Shown one piece after another: positions 1 through 12,562 of a DNA stretch of 64,000 nucleotides. Source of the DNA: Octopus sinensis (Eukaryota). The DNA lies in assembly GCF_006345805.1 (NCBI RefSeq), contig NC_043019.1, positions 4,835,360 to 4,899,359 on the forward strand, in the 5' to 3' direction. The number at the start of each line of letters is the position of its first letter. Positions within the stretch are counted from its first letter, which is position 1. The position numbers were made by a program, and so were the translations under genes. The notes under the pieces were generated by a model, which searched no databases, was not told the origin of the DNA, and was given only the letters and a program-made list of their open reading frames with translations.

Positions 1-360
1 ATACACACATGCACACAAATACATATACATGTATATATATATACACACACATAAATGTACGACATTCGAAATTTTTATTCTATACAGTATCAATTTTGTA
101 ACTTGACCCTCTGAGATTCTGTAAAGTAATTATGAAGAATATGGTGGTTTTGATTACATGAAATACATTCTGGTTTTCGCCGCTATTGATATTAGAAGCA
201 ACCTGAAGAAATTATTAACTTGAACAAAAGGAAAAACGGGTTATTTCCCACCAGTGACAATTCTGGTGTAATTTAGGGAAAATTGAATTATTTATATGTC
301 TATCTTAGCAAGGACGCAGTCAACTACCGACTGACTGAAAGACGGAATGGAGAAAAGTAA

Positions 361-496
361 TAACTGTATGTATGTGTGTATTTATGTATGTATGTATGCA
401 TGTATGTGTGTGTATGTATGTATGTATGTATGTACGTGTGTATGTATGTATGTTTGTATGTATGAGAGCGTGTAGACATGTATGCATATATATGTT

Positions 497-529
<33 letters not shown>

Positions 530-581
530 GTAGGTAGGTAGGTAGGTAGGTAGGTAGGTAGGTAGGTAGATAGATAGATAT

Positions 582-637
<56 letters not shown>

Positions 638-807
638 TAGATAGTAGATGTGTATGCATGTGTCTGAGTATTTACATAAGGATTTTCATCTATCTATCTG
701 CCTGTCTGTTTGTACCTGTCTATCTACCATTCTATCTGTCTATCTTCTGTGTCTATCTATCTATCTATCTATTTATTTGTGTTTGTGTGTCTATCTATCT
801 ATCTATA

Positions 808-849
<42 letters not shown>

Positions 850-1436
850 CCTATCAAACTATCTATCTATTTATTTGTGTCTATCTATCTATTTGTGCGT
901 ACTCACATCCATATATGCGTCCATACTTATACACATATACATACATACACCCAGACAGACACACACACATGCATACACACATACACACACAGACGCATAG
1001 ACACACACACACACACACAAATAATCAAATGGAAGAAAGTAGCAGTCAACATGCAGTTCAAGTCGCTTCACATTACTCATCGTTTTGTAGGTGCAGACGG
1101 GCGTCCACATATTCAGACGTCCTGAACCAGAGTAAGAACAATTTAAAGATGGCTTCTATGTAAGACTATGTGCGAGGGAGAAGCGATTCTATTGGTCAGT
1201 CCTGATCACGTGTTTCGCTTAATACGACAACAGAATCAGCACATGTACGTATGTATGTATGTATGTACGTATGTATGTATGCATGTATCTATGTGTGCAT
1301 GTATGTGTATGTATTTATGTATGTATGTACGTGTGTATATATGTATAGATATATATAGTGTGTGTGCATGTGTGTATGTATGGGTGTGCATGTATGCATG
1401 TGTGCGTATGTATGTATGTGTGTGTATCTATTATGA

Positions 1437-1520
<84 letters not shown>

Positions 1521-1544
1521 TACATTAGATATAATATATATAAT

Positions 1545-1592
<48 letters not shown>

Positions 1593-1601
1593 ATATGTAT
1601 C

Positions 1602-1639
<38 letters not shown>

Positions 1640-1660
1640 GGTTTCGAGTTAGATTTGACA
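361..1660. repeat. Compound microsatellites (TATG)n, (GATA)n/(GGTA)n, (TATC)n, (CA)n, (TA)n
   Basis: Direct inspection. Confidence 0.97.
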
Positions 1661-1793
1661 GTTTGCACAAAAAGAAAAAAAAGCACACTCACCCATCCAA
1701 AAATAAAAGTTTTTTCAAACATCAAAGAGTATCGACTAAATTATTGTTGGGAGATGGCAGTTTAGTCCAAGTTATCTGCCCTTGGTGTCCACC

Positions 1794-2420
1794 TTAGCCT
1801 CCAGATGGGGTCCGAAACCTTGTGCATGCGTTTCTCATTGTGTTCCTGGGAAGATCTTCGAACACCTCCTTGATCTTGGCCACCAGCTCGGCCTCGATGT
1901 CGCAGGTAGAGCAGTTGGTGTCATTCATTCTCAACTGCACTTTATGCATATATATTACACACAAGTCCTGGGGTCGATTTGATTCGACTAAAGGCGGTGC
2001 TCCAGTATGGCCGCAGTTAAAATGACTGAAACAAGTAAAGAAATAAAAAAGTAAAGAAAACCAATAAAACCCCCAGGGCCTCGCGTAACCAAAGCCTACA
2101 GGCTCGTCAATTATTTCGATATACATTAGTATGTATGCACACACAGATACTCATATACATATATATGCACGAACACACACACACACACACACACCACACA
2201 CACATACATATATATATATATATCTTTTACTCTTTTACTCTTTTACTTGTTTCAGTCGGGGAAATTAGGAGACCAGAAATTGGGACTGGTAAAGTCATAG
2301 GAATTCTCCGACAACCACTTCTGACTTCTTCCGGAGGTCTAGCAAGGAGCCGAATCTTCCTGTCGCACATATGACGTTCCAACAGCAATCCTTTCCAGTC
2401 CGGGTTTGACCACAGTTTCA
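1794..2420 (-). pseudogene. Tc1/mariner (maT, DD37D-like) transposase fossil split by a ~310-bp SINE-tail/microsatellite insert (1946-2256)
   Basis: ETVVKPGLERIAVGTSYVRQEDSAPC*TSGRSQKWLSENSYDFTSPNFWSPNFPD, then after the insert TNCSTCDIEAELVAKIKEVFEDLPRNTMRNACTRFR. Confidence 0.8.
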
Positions 2421-2672
2421 TAGCCGTCTAAATTGTACCTAAAACCCTGTTCATCAGTTGTTTGAATGAATTATGATATACGGACGCCATCCGAATGCCT
2501 TCTGTTGTAGATATTCGTTGATCCCCTCCACTGTTGCGTTTACCTACAATTTAAGATGTCTAGATAGAAGCCGAAAGTGGAGAGGAATACAGTAGCACGA
2601 AAAGTAATCGTACAAAGATTAAGTAAAAAGACACTGGATATTAAACTTGATGTTTTAGAAAAATCAGCTACA

Positions 2673-2870
2673 TAGGCGCAGGAGTGGCTGTGTGGCAAGT
2701 AGCTTGCTAACCAACCACATGGTTCCAGGTTCAGTCCCACTGCGTGGCACCTTGGGCAAGTGTCTTCTACTATAGCCCCGGCCCAACCAATGCCTTGTGA
2801 GTGGATTTGGTAGACGGAAACTGAAAGAAGCCTGCCGTATATATGTATATTATATTATATATATATATAT

Positions 2871-2924
<54 letters not shown>

Positions 2925-3267
2925 GTCGAGCAAATCGACCCCGGGACTTATTCTTTGTAAGCCCAGTACTTATTCTATCAGTCTCTTTTCGCTAAGTGAC
3001 GGGGACGTAACACACCAGCATCGGTTGTCAAGCAATGCTAGGGGGACAATCACAGACACACAAACCACATACACACACATACATATATATATAATACATA
3101 TATCGACAGGCTTCTTTCAGTTTCCGTCTACCAAATCCACTCACAAGGCATTGGTCGGCCCGAGGCTATAGCAGAAGACACTTGACCAAGATGCTACGCA
3201 GTGCGACTGGACCCGGAACCATGTGGTTGGTAAGCAAGCTACTTACCACACAGCCACTCCTGCGCCT
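2673..3267. mobile_element. Inverted pair of SINE-A halves (tRNA head + CORE-like domain; octopus OR-type)
   Basis: + head at 2673-2845 and - copy at 2926-3267; A box TGGCTGTGTGG, B box GGTTCAGTCCC, CORE-like ggcaccttgggcaagtg. Confidence 0.85.
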
Positions 3268-3575
3268 AATTCTAATTTAAGCACAAAGCTAACAAGGGGA
3301 AGAAAAGATAAACCGATGAATATATGCCATGCTCGGTGAAATGCACAATTCACATTTGCCCTTGAGACATTTGGAATATAATGCTTTCTAATGCCCTTTG
3401 ATGCGGACCAGCTCTAGTCAAATCGTTCCTTACTAAACAATTGAACCATAAGCATTTGATTAAGAGTTTCTTCATTGAAGACTTTTCCTTGTCTTATTAT
3501 TAGAATTATATCTTAGGGTGGTGTGTCAGCTTCTGAGTTATTTCATTTCAGTATCTGTATGAAGAAGAATATGAC

Positions 3576-4935
3576 AGCGAGCTGGCAGAATCGTTAGCAC
3601 GGCTCGCAAAATGCTTAGCGGCATTTCGTCCGTCATTACGTTCTGAGTTCAAATTCCGTAGAGGTCGACTTTGACTTTCATCATCTTTTCAGGGTCAATA
3701 GAATAAATAGTAGTTGAGTACTGGGGTTGATGTAATCGACTTACCCCCTACCCGAAATTGCTGGCCTTGTGCTAAAATTTGAAACTTTTAAGGCGACGAA
3801 CTGGCAGAATCGTTAGCACGCCGGACAAAATATTTAGCAGCATTTCGTCCGTCTTCATGCTCTGAGTTCAAAAGCCGCCGAGGTCCACTTTACCTACAGG
3901 GGTCGATAAAATAAGTACCGGTTAGTACTGGAGTCGATATAATCAACTAAGCCCCTTTTCCGAAACTACTAACCTATTGCCAAAATTTGAAACCGGTATT
4001 TTAGAAACTTTCAGATCAGTGGACTGGCGGAATCGATTGACTACGGAACTTGTTTTAATCTGAGTTCAATTCTCACCGGCATCGAGCTGACAAAATGTTG
4101 ATTCGTCAAAATTACCTGAAGGAAGGCAACGGGGAAGCAGTTAAATATTCTCCTATGGAAATTTCAAGATGTGAATCATAAAACTGGTCAAGGAAGTTAC
4201 CAAAGGTCACTGGTGGATCTGGTGAGGCTAAAAGAAACAGCCTTCCCCCTTTTACTTATAGCCTTTTACTTATATTAGAAATCGGTATTAAATATTGGTT
4301 TCAACCTTTGACACAAGGCCAGCAATTTCGGGCCTTGAGCCAAAATTTGAAATCAATATTTATATGGAGAACAAGGCGGCGAGCTGGCAGAATCGTTAGC
4401 ACGCCGGGCGAAATGCTTAGCAGTATTTCGTCTGCCTCTACGTTCTGAGTTCAAATTCCGCCGAGGTCGACTTTGCCTTTCATCCTTCGGGGTCGATAAA
4501 TTAAGCACCAGTTATGCACTGGGGTCGATGTAGTCAACGTAATCCGTGTGTCTGTCCTTGTTTGTCCTCTCTGTGTTTAGCCCCTTGTGGGTAGTAAAGA
4601 AACAGGTATTTCGTCTGCCGTTACATTCTGAGTTCAAATTCCGCCGAGGTCTACTTTGCCTTTCACCCTTTCGGGGTCGATTAAATAAGTACCAGTTACG
4701 CACTGGGGTCGATATAATCAACTAAATCCATTTGTCTGTCCTTGTTTGTCCTCTCTGTGTTTAGCCCCTTGTGGGTAGTAAAGAAATAGGCATTTCTTCA
4801 GACTGTACGTTCTGAGTTCAAATTCCGCCAAGGTCGACTTTGCCTTTCATCCTTTTGGGGTTGATAAATTAAGTACCAGTTACGCACTGGGGTCGATGTC
4901 ATCGATTTTCTCTTTTCTCCGAAAATACTGGCCTT
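3576..4935 (+). mobile_element. SINE-B cluster (3576-3790, 3795-4000, trimer 4373-4935); tRNA-like head with a Meta-domain-like core
   Basis: aggcggcgagctggcagaa head, gagttcaaattcc B box, gcctttcatcctttcggggtcgataaa..aagtaccag core. Confidence 0.85.
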
Positions 4936-5151
4936 GTGTCAAAATTTGAAACGAATATGTAAATGAAGAATTACCACAATTCCAAAAGCAACGATCCATA
5001 TCTCAGGAACTGGATTTTCATTGGAATTCTGCAGACTCAAAAGGAAAATAAAGAATTAAACTCGAAGTAAATGGTATTCGCCATAGTTATCTCTCTTTCT
5101 GTCCAATGTACATAAATTATATAAATAAATTATATAAATAAATTATATAAA

Positions 5152-5324
5152 TAGGCGCAGGAGTGGCTGTGTGGTAAGTAGCTTGCTAACCAACCACATG
5201 GTTCCGGGTTCAGCCCCACTGCGTGGCATCTTGGGCAAGTGTCTTCTGCTATAGCCCCGGGCCGACCAAAGTCTTGTGAGTGGATTTGGTAGACGGAAAC
5301 TGAAAGAAGCCTGTCGTATATATG

Positions 5325-5396
<72 letters not shown>

Positions 5397-5610
5397 TGTG
5401 TGTGTGTTTGTCCCCCTAGCATTGCTTGACAACCGATGCTGGTGTGTTTACGTCCCCGTCATTTAGCGGTTCGGCAAAAGAGACCGATAGAATAAGTACT
5501 GGGCTTACAAAGAATAAGTCCCGAGGTCGATTTGCTCGACTAAAGGCGGTGCTCCAGCATGGCCGCAGTCAAATGACTGAAACAAGTAAAAGAGTAAAAG
5601 AGAGTAAAGA
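5152..5610 (+). mobile_element. SINE-A, full length
   Basis: Head, CORE-like domain, internal (TA)n/(TG)n, tail ...gactgaaacaagtaaaagag. Confidence 0.9.
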
Positions 5611-5879
5611 GTACGTGTGTGTGCGCGCGCGTGTGTACATACAAATGCTATTCATTAATAAGAGGGAGTGTGGTGGGGCTCATGACCTTTGACAGCACAC
5701 CTTCTTCTGTAATCATGTCCAAACTCCAATTCGCTACTGGAGATGATATTTTAATGGTGTTTAAACAATAAAAGTGTTGGACCATTCATTGCCAGCAATC
5801 AATGTGTCAAAGCATAAAATTACAGAGATAAAATTTGAGCAAATTATTTTCTTCCACTTACGCAACTGCCTTCTGTGGC

Positions 5880-6030
5880 CAGACTGGTGTTCTGCCAACT
5901 ATAGAAAACTGCAACCATTTTGACTGAAGTTATTCTAAATCACGGATTTGAGATTTCATTTTTGGCAACGAATCGACAGTCTCCAGATCTGAACTCCATT
6001 CGTTGCAACATGACGAACAGGTCATCAAAT
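5880..6030 (+). pseudogene. Highly decayed Tc1-like transposase fragment
   Basis: tctccagatctgaactccatt = SPDLNSI (cf. SPDLNPIE motif); single-motif support only. Confidence 0.35.
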
Positions 6031-6150
6031 TTAACTGATTTGAAGAATTTGTGTCCATATCTTACAAAATTTGATTTCGCAATGTAGAAAAAAACTCGGC
6101 TGAGAGTTTAATTACAAACACGTTCTAAAAGCTGCAAGGTAACATACACA

Positions 6151-6212
<62 letters not shown>

Positions 6213-6335
6213 GATAGATAGATACATACATACATACATATATATATATTGTTGTTAAAAAAAGAGTCCGTTTCCTTGTTTGGTTTTATGTTTTCGTTTC
6301 TCGTTGTGTTCTACGTTTATTTGTGGTGTCCTGTA

Positions 6336-6374
<39 letters not shown>

Positions 6375-6460
6375 TATATATATGCATGTATATATACATA
6401 TAGATGTAGGTATGTACATATATGTGTATGTAGCATATATGTTATTTGTTAAATTGTTAT

Positions 6461-6495
<35 letters not shown>

Positions 6496-6541
6496 GTAAA
6501 AAATGAAGTTCGAAAATGCTGCTGTATTATACAATTTTTAA

Positions 6542-6612
6542 TTTTTATATATACATTATAACATGTTTCAGTTCCTGAAATGAACCTTATCAAAAAAAGT
6601 TATATATAAAAA
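6542..6612 (-). ncRNA. Mirror copy of the PLE hammerhead-like motif
   Basis: Reverse complement of 12492-12562. Confidence 0.6.
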
Positions 6613-6904
6613 GAGACAGCTCATGCCGTCAAACACAAGAAATTCATTTATAATACACAACGGAGTCAGACATCTTAGAGTTCATGTATAGTTGATATAT
6701 AGTTCATGTATAGTTGATATATAGTTTGAAGTATATGTTCAAAGTGTTCGATGCAGTGGCCCACGGTGGCGATACGTATTCAATACAAAAAACAGATCAA
6801 AGTGGTGGAAAGCGGTCAATACAGAAGATTGATGTTTCCGAAAGAGCGAGGAATTCATTTTTACCTTAAGCAATTGTGATGACCCATGGTGGAAGTTCGC
6901 TGGG

Positions 6905-7310
6905 TGGTTCTAGTGATTTTTTGTGAAATGCTCGGTTTTATAATGCCTGTTAGGTGGTCAATCTAGCGTAGCGTGACGTCATCAATGTTTTGACCAATCG
7001 TTTCGTTAGGTGGCTTTAATCAAGTGGAACGGGACGTCATCATTATTTTGACCAATCGCTGCATTATAACTCCCTCTTGTTTGTTTCCGTCTTGACCAGT
7101 CGCTTCGTTAGTCAAGCATAGCGGGACGTCATCCAGATTCTGCCCAATCACGACTTATAGCTACATTAGATCTGCCCCCTGTCTGTACTTGTTAGGTGAC
7201 TATTCAAGCAGAAAAGGACGTCATCAATATTCTGACTAATGACTGTCCCCTGTTTGTACCCTGTCCATTCTAGCAGAGCTAGACGTCATCAACTTGTTGA
7301 CCAATCAGAA
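6905..7310 (-). promoter_or_regulatory. Mirror copy of the PLE promoter array, facing left
   Basis: GACGTCATC-N10-C(C/T)AAT at 6975, 7033, 7125, 7217 and 7282; TTTTATA at 6936. Confidence 0.6.
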
Positions 7311-7471
7311 TCGGGTCTGACCCATAGCTGTATCGTATGTATCAGGCAGATTTGCACGAAAGAATTTTTTTCCCTTTTTACTAAGGCATATTTCCGTCAG
7401 AGTGAGTGTCTGTTTGAAGTAGCGGCCGTGGTGAAATTTGGTTCTCCTTTTCGGAGGACTTATCTTTTGTT

Positions 7472-9122
7472 TTAGTATTCCTGCCCAGGGTGTTTAAACT
7501 TGGTCTAAATTTTTTTATGAAATATAGTTCTTTTTTTTGGCGTTGTGTGAAGGTTGCGTTGTCACTGAATTTATAGAGCGGGTTAGTTGTAAATTTCGGA
7601 TTTACATTTCCAGCACATCTATCTATGTGTCCGCTGACCGGTATTTTGCGGTAATCAGGGTTTCTAATTTGTGATTTATGCACCGCCATCCTGTTACGTA
7701 AGCTATTTTGTGTATGGCCTATATACTGCCTATGCAGCCTGCGCATGTTATGACGTAAATTAAGTTTTCTGATGCGCAGGTGAAGTTTGTTCTAATGGTG
7801 AACTGGTGGCCTTGTTCCAGTATAAATTCTGATCCTTCTTTCAAGATGACACAGATTCCGCAGTTGGGCCTTCCACATTTTCTAACTGCTGGTTTTGTGG
7901 TTGATGTTGAGTGCAGTGTAGCTTGGGTTAAAATCCTTTTCAAGGATTTTGGTTGCCGTTTACTTTTAATGATGGAGTGTGTTTCGAGGATCCGGTTCAT
8001 CTTTGGGTCTCCCTTTAGTAGGGCTGTGCTTTGTAGTATGGTGTTGAAGGCCTCATTGTTGAGTGGGTTGTGTGTAGAGTGTAGGGAAGGTTTTTTAATT
8101 GTTCTTTCTTTTTTGGTTTTGTTTGTCTCAGGTCTTCTATACTTAATTTAAGTACCCGTTGGATTGCACTGTCTATTAGGGGCTGTGGATAGTTTCTATT
8201 TGTGAGTGTGGTTCTAAGTTCCTGGAGACGTGTGTGTCGGGTGTTTGTGTCTGATATTATGGTGCAAATCCTTCTAGCTAAACAAAAAGGGACATTCATT
8301 CTAGTGTGTCGTGGGTGGCATGAATCAAAGGGTAGGTACTGTTTAGAGTCTGTCGGTTTATAGTAGATATCTGTCTCTATTTTGTTGCCGGTTATCTTAA
8401 TGAGGATGTCTAAAAATGGTAATTCTTTTTCGTTGTGGTCCATCGTGAATTGTATATTGTCATTTATTCCATTTAATAGAATTTTAAATTCCTCAAGTTT
8501 CTCTATGCCTTTGTCCCAGATGATGAAACAGACATCGAGGTATCTTTTCCAGTTGTTATGGATATAGGTGGCGAAGGTGTTTCCATATTTCTCGAGTGTC
8601 ATCCGTATAGTATTTTCTCGAGTATCCCATCACTAGGTTGGCAAAAGATGGTGCAGTACGCGTGCCCATCGCTGTTCCCGATCTTTGCCTGTAGAAATCA
8701 TTGTCAAAATAAAATAATTGTTCTCTAAAATGAATCTAAGTCCTTCTATTATAAGGTCTTTGTTTATGCGAGTTGGGAGTTCAAAGGGGTAGTTATTCAG
8801 CCAGAAGGTGATTGCTTCTATTCCTAGGTTGTGAGGGATGTTAGAATAAAGATTAACTACGTCGAATGATACTAGAAGGGTTTTCTCATTGACTGTTTTA
8901 GGGAGGTGGTTGAGCATATCTATATCGTCTCTTACGTAGCTTTTGATGTGTTTTAGGAAAGGTTTAAGAAGTGTGTCTAAGAAATTGCTGAGGCGGTGAG
9001 TTTCACATGCTGGCCCTGCTATTATCGGTCTTAGTTTAAGATCATTTGGTGAAGGGATTTTGATGAGTGTGTCGGTGGATGTTTTGCACGTTTCTCTAAT
9101 GGTTTGGCTTTTGTGTACCTTA
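7472..9122 (-). pseudogene. Inverted partial copy of the PLE ORF (RT C-terminal part and GIY-YIG)
   Basis: ORF-track frames 8633-8917, 8015-8602, 7719-8000 and 7381-7746 reproduce the same protein; YLDD reads YLDV here. Confidence 0.92.
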
Positions 9123-9146
9123 CGTCTTAGTTCCTCAGGTGTATTG

Positions 9147-11629
9147 CACTACGGAGGAAACAACTACCAACACAATACACCTGAGGAACTAAGACGTAAC
9201 ACTAGGTTCAACAACAGACTCCAGAACAGAGCACCACAACTCACTCTGACAATTATAACAACATGAGACAGATAAATAATAGCTTTGAACATAACTACAC
9301 CAACCATTTTTAGACCCCACACACAGGAACAGGGACACACGATGGCAAAGGACAACAAAAGAACCCTCAGGTAATTAAGATAATCAATCTCTCAACAAAG
9401 AACTTACACCTAACGAAATAAGCATACTCTCCAAAGGACTTAAATTTACACCCACCCCACAACGTTCTAATTATTATGAAATGAAAGATGATATTTCGGA
9501 ATTTTGCAGAAAACTAAGACTCACCGAGGCATTTCAAGACAAACAAATAGAGGAGGACTCAATAGCTAGAAACAAGAGCAATTACACCCCCACCAAAGGT
9601 AAGAATAAAGCCTTAGACCGCTATTGTGACTACATAACTAATTTCCCGTTTCAATTCATCAAGAAACAAAAACACAGCCCTAACTTCAACAAAAGAATTG
9701 AACGACCTCATCAAACTAAGAGAAGACAAAACAATAACAATTAAGGAGGCAGATAAGGGCAACGCGATAGTAATAATGAATACAAACAATTATAAAAATT
9801 TAGTGCTATCCCTATTAAGAGATGAAACGTATTATGAAAGAGCCCAACAGTATAACCAGCAAAAATAATGCATAACCTTAGGACATTAATCAACCATACC
9901 ATGAAGGACTCACGAACAAGGAGTATGAATACATCACTAACTTCAAATGCAAATCGAGTTTGTTCTATGGTATCCCTAAGGTACACAAAAGCCAAACCAT
10001 TAGAGAAACGTGCAAAACATCCACCGACACACTCATCAAAATCCCTTCACCAAATGATCTTAAACTAAGACCGATAATAGCAGGGCCAGCATGTGAAACT
10101 CACCGCCTCAGCAATTTCTTAGACACACTTCTTAAACCTTTCCTAAAACACATCAAAAGCTACGTAAGAGACGATATAGATATGCTCAACCACCTCCCTA
10201 AAACAGTCAATGAGAAAACCCTTCTATATCATTCGACGTAGTTAATCTTTATTCTAACATCCCTCACAACCTAGGAATAGAAGCAATCACCTTCTGGCTG
10301 AATAACTACCCCTTTGAACTCCCAACTCGCATAAACAAGACCTTATAATAGAAGGACTTAGATTCATTTTAGAGAACAATTATTTTATTTTTGACAATGA
10401 TTTCTACAGGCAAAGATCGGGAACAGCGATGGGCACGCGTACTGCACCATCTTTTGCCACCTAGTGATGGGATACCTCGAGAAAATACTATACCGGATGA
10501 CACTCGAGAAATATGGAAACACCTTCGCCACCTATATCCATAACAACTGGAAAAGATACCTCGATGACTGTTTCATCATCTGGGACAAAGGCATAGAGAA
10601 ACTTGAGGAATTTAAAATTCTATTAAATGGAATAAATGACAATATACAATTCACGATGGACCACAACGAAAAAGAATTACCATTTTTAGACATCCTCATT
10701 AAGATAACCGGCAACAAAATAGAGACAGATATCTACTATAAACCGACAGACTCTAAACAGTACCTACCCTTTGATTCATGCCACCCACGACACACTAGAA
10801 TGAATGTCCCTTTTTGTTTAGCTAGAAGGATTTGCACCATAATATCAGACACAAACACCCGACACACACGTCTCCAGAAACTTAGAACCACACTCACAAA
10901 TAGAAACTATCCACAGCCCCTAATAGACAGTGCAATCCAACGGGTACTTAAATTAAGTATAGAAGACCTGAGACAAACAAAACCAAAAAAGAAAGAACAA
11001 TTAAAAACCCTTCCCTACAACTCTACACACAACCCACTCAACAATGAGGCCTTCAACACCATACTACAAAGCACAGCCCTACTAAAGGGAGACCCAAAGA
11101 TGAACCGGATCCTCGAAACACACTCCATCATTAAAAGTAAACGGCAACCAAAATCCTTGAAAAGGATTTTAACCCAAGCTACACTGCACTCAACATCAAC
11201 CACAAAACCAGCAGTTAGAAAATGTGGAAGGCCCAACTGCGGAATCTGTGTCATCTTGAAAGAAGGATCAGAATTTATACTGGAACAAGGCCACCAGTTC
11301 ACCATTAGAACAAACTTCACCTGCGCATCAGAAAACTTAATTTACGTCATAACATGCGCAGGCTGCAATAGGCAGTATATAGCCATACACAAAATAGCTT
11401 ACGTAACAGGATGGCGGTGCATAAATCACAAATTAGAAACCCTGATTACCGCAAAATACCGGTCAGCGGACACATAGATAGATGTGCTGGAAATGTAAAT
11501 CCGAAATTTACAACTAACCCGCTCTATAAATTCAGTGACAACGCAACCTTCACACAACGCCAAAATAAAGAACTATATTTCATAAAAAAATTTAGACCAA
11601 GTTTAAACACCCTGGGCCAGGAATACTAA
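9147..11629 (+). pseudogene. PLE ORF (N-terminal domain, RT, GIY-YIG endonuclease), 5'-truncated and frameshifted as assembled
   Basis: IINLS..SKGLKFTPTP, ADKGNAIV, FYGIPKVHK, LRPII, FDVVNLY, GTAMGT, WKRYLDDCFIIW, LPFLDI, YYKPTD..YL..SCHP, CGRPNCGIC, LIYVITC..C..QYI. Confidence 0.92.
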
Positions 11630-11794
11630 AACAAAAGATAAGTCCTCCGAAAAGGAGAACCAAATTTCACCACGGCCGCTACTTCAAACAGACACTCACT
11701 CTGACGGAAATATGCCTTAGTAAAAAAGGGGAAAAAAATTCTTTCGTGCAAATCTGACCCTGATACATACGATACAGCTAAGGGTCAGACCCGA

Positions 11795-12200
11795 TTCTGA
11801 TTGTCAACAAGTTGATGACGTCTAGCTCTGCTAGAATGGACAGGATACAAACAGGGGACAGTCATTAGTCAGAATATTGATGACGTCCTTTTCTGCTTGA
11901 ATAGTCACCTAACAAGTACAGACAGGGGGCAGATCTAATGTAGCTATAAGTCGTGATTGGGCAGAATCTGGATGACGTCCCGCTATGCTTGACTAACGAA
12001 GCGACTGGTCAAGACAGGAAACAAACAAGAGGGAGTTATAATGCAGCGATTGGTCAAAATAATGATGGCGTCCCGTTCCACTTGATTAAAGCCACCTAAC
12101 GAAACGATTGGTCAAAACATTGATGACGTCACGCTACGCTAGATTGACCACCTAACAGGCATTATAAAACCGAGCATTTCACAAAAAATCACTAGAACCA
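11795..12200 (+). promoter_or_regulatory. PLE pLTR Pol II promoter candidate: five ATTGG-N10-GATGACGTC modules, TATAAAA (12163) and an Inr-like TCACTAG (~12189)
   Basis: GATGACGTC-like motifs at 11814, 11879, 11971, 12064 and 12122, each preceded by ATTGG-like sequence at fixed spacing; Kozak-like CCACCATGG at 12212-12220 and AG|GTAAAA at 12240. Confidence 0.6.
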
Positions 12201-12491
12201 CCCGCGAACTTCCACCATGGGTCATCACAATTGCTTAAGGTAAAAATGAATTCCTCGCTCTTTCGGAAACATCAATCTTCTGTATTGACCGCTTTCCACC
12301 ACTTTGATCTGTTTTTTGTATTGAATACGTATCGCCACCGTGGGCCACTGCATCGAACACTTTGAACATATACTTCAAACTATATATCAACTATACATGA
12401 ACTATATATCAACTATACATGAACTCTAAGATGTCTGACTCCGTTGTGTATTATAAATGAATTTCTTGTGTTTGACGGCATGAGCTGTCTC

Positions 12492-12562
12492 TTTTTATAT
12501 ATAACTTTTTTTGATAAGGTTCATTTCAGGAACTGAAACATGTTATAATGTATATATAAAAA
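12492..12562 (+). ncRNA. Minimal type I hammerhead-ribozyme-like motif (U3:A8 variant) in the PLE terminus
   Basis: UUGAUAA 12511-17; stem II GGUUC/GAACU; GAAA 12535-38; palindromic stem III ACAUGU; GUU site; distal 12-bp stem 12492-12503 with 12551-12562. Confidence 0.6.

Noticed and set aside
1091-1131. Possible 41-nt exon (ttttgtag|...|gtaaga)
   Set aside because: Splice-like sites in isolation with no partner exon or recognisable peptide
324-1797. Many 60-230-aa ORFs rich in YI/HT/CV/LSIY (also near 12.9-14.2 kb, 40.3-40.8 kb and 51.6-52.1 kb)
   Set aside because: Read-through of di- and tetranucleotide microsatellites with no protein-like composition
5130-5692. Recurrent ORFs such as MSSNARG..., YDGLLSVSVYQIHSQG... 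and MTTDAGVFTSP... at many loci
   Set aside because: Translations of the same SINE-A consensus, not a gene family
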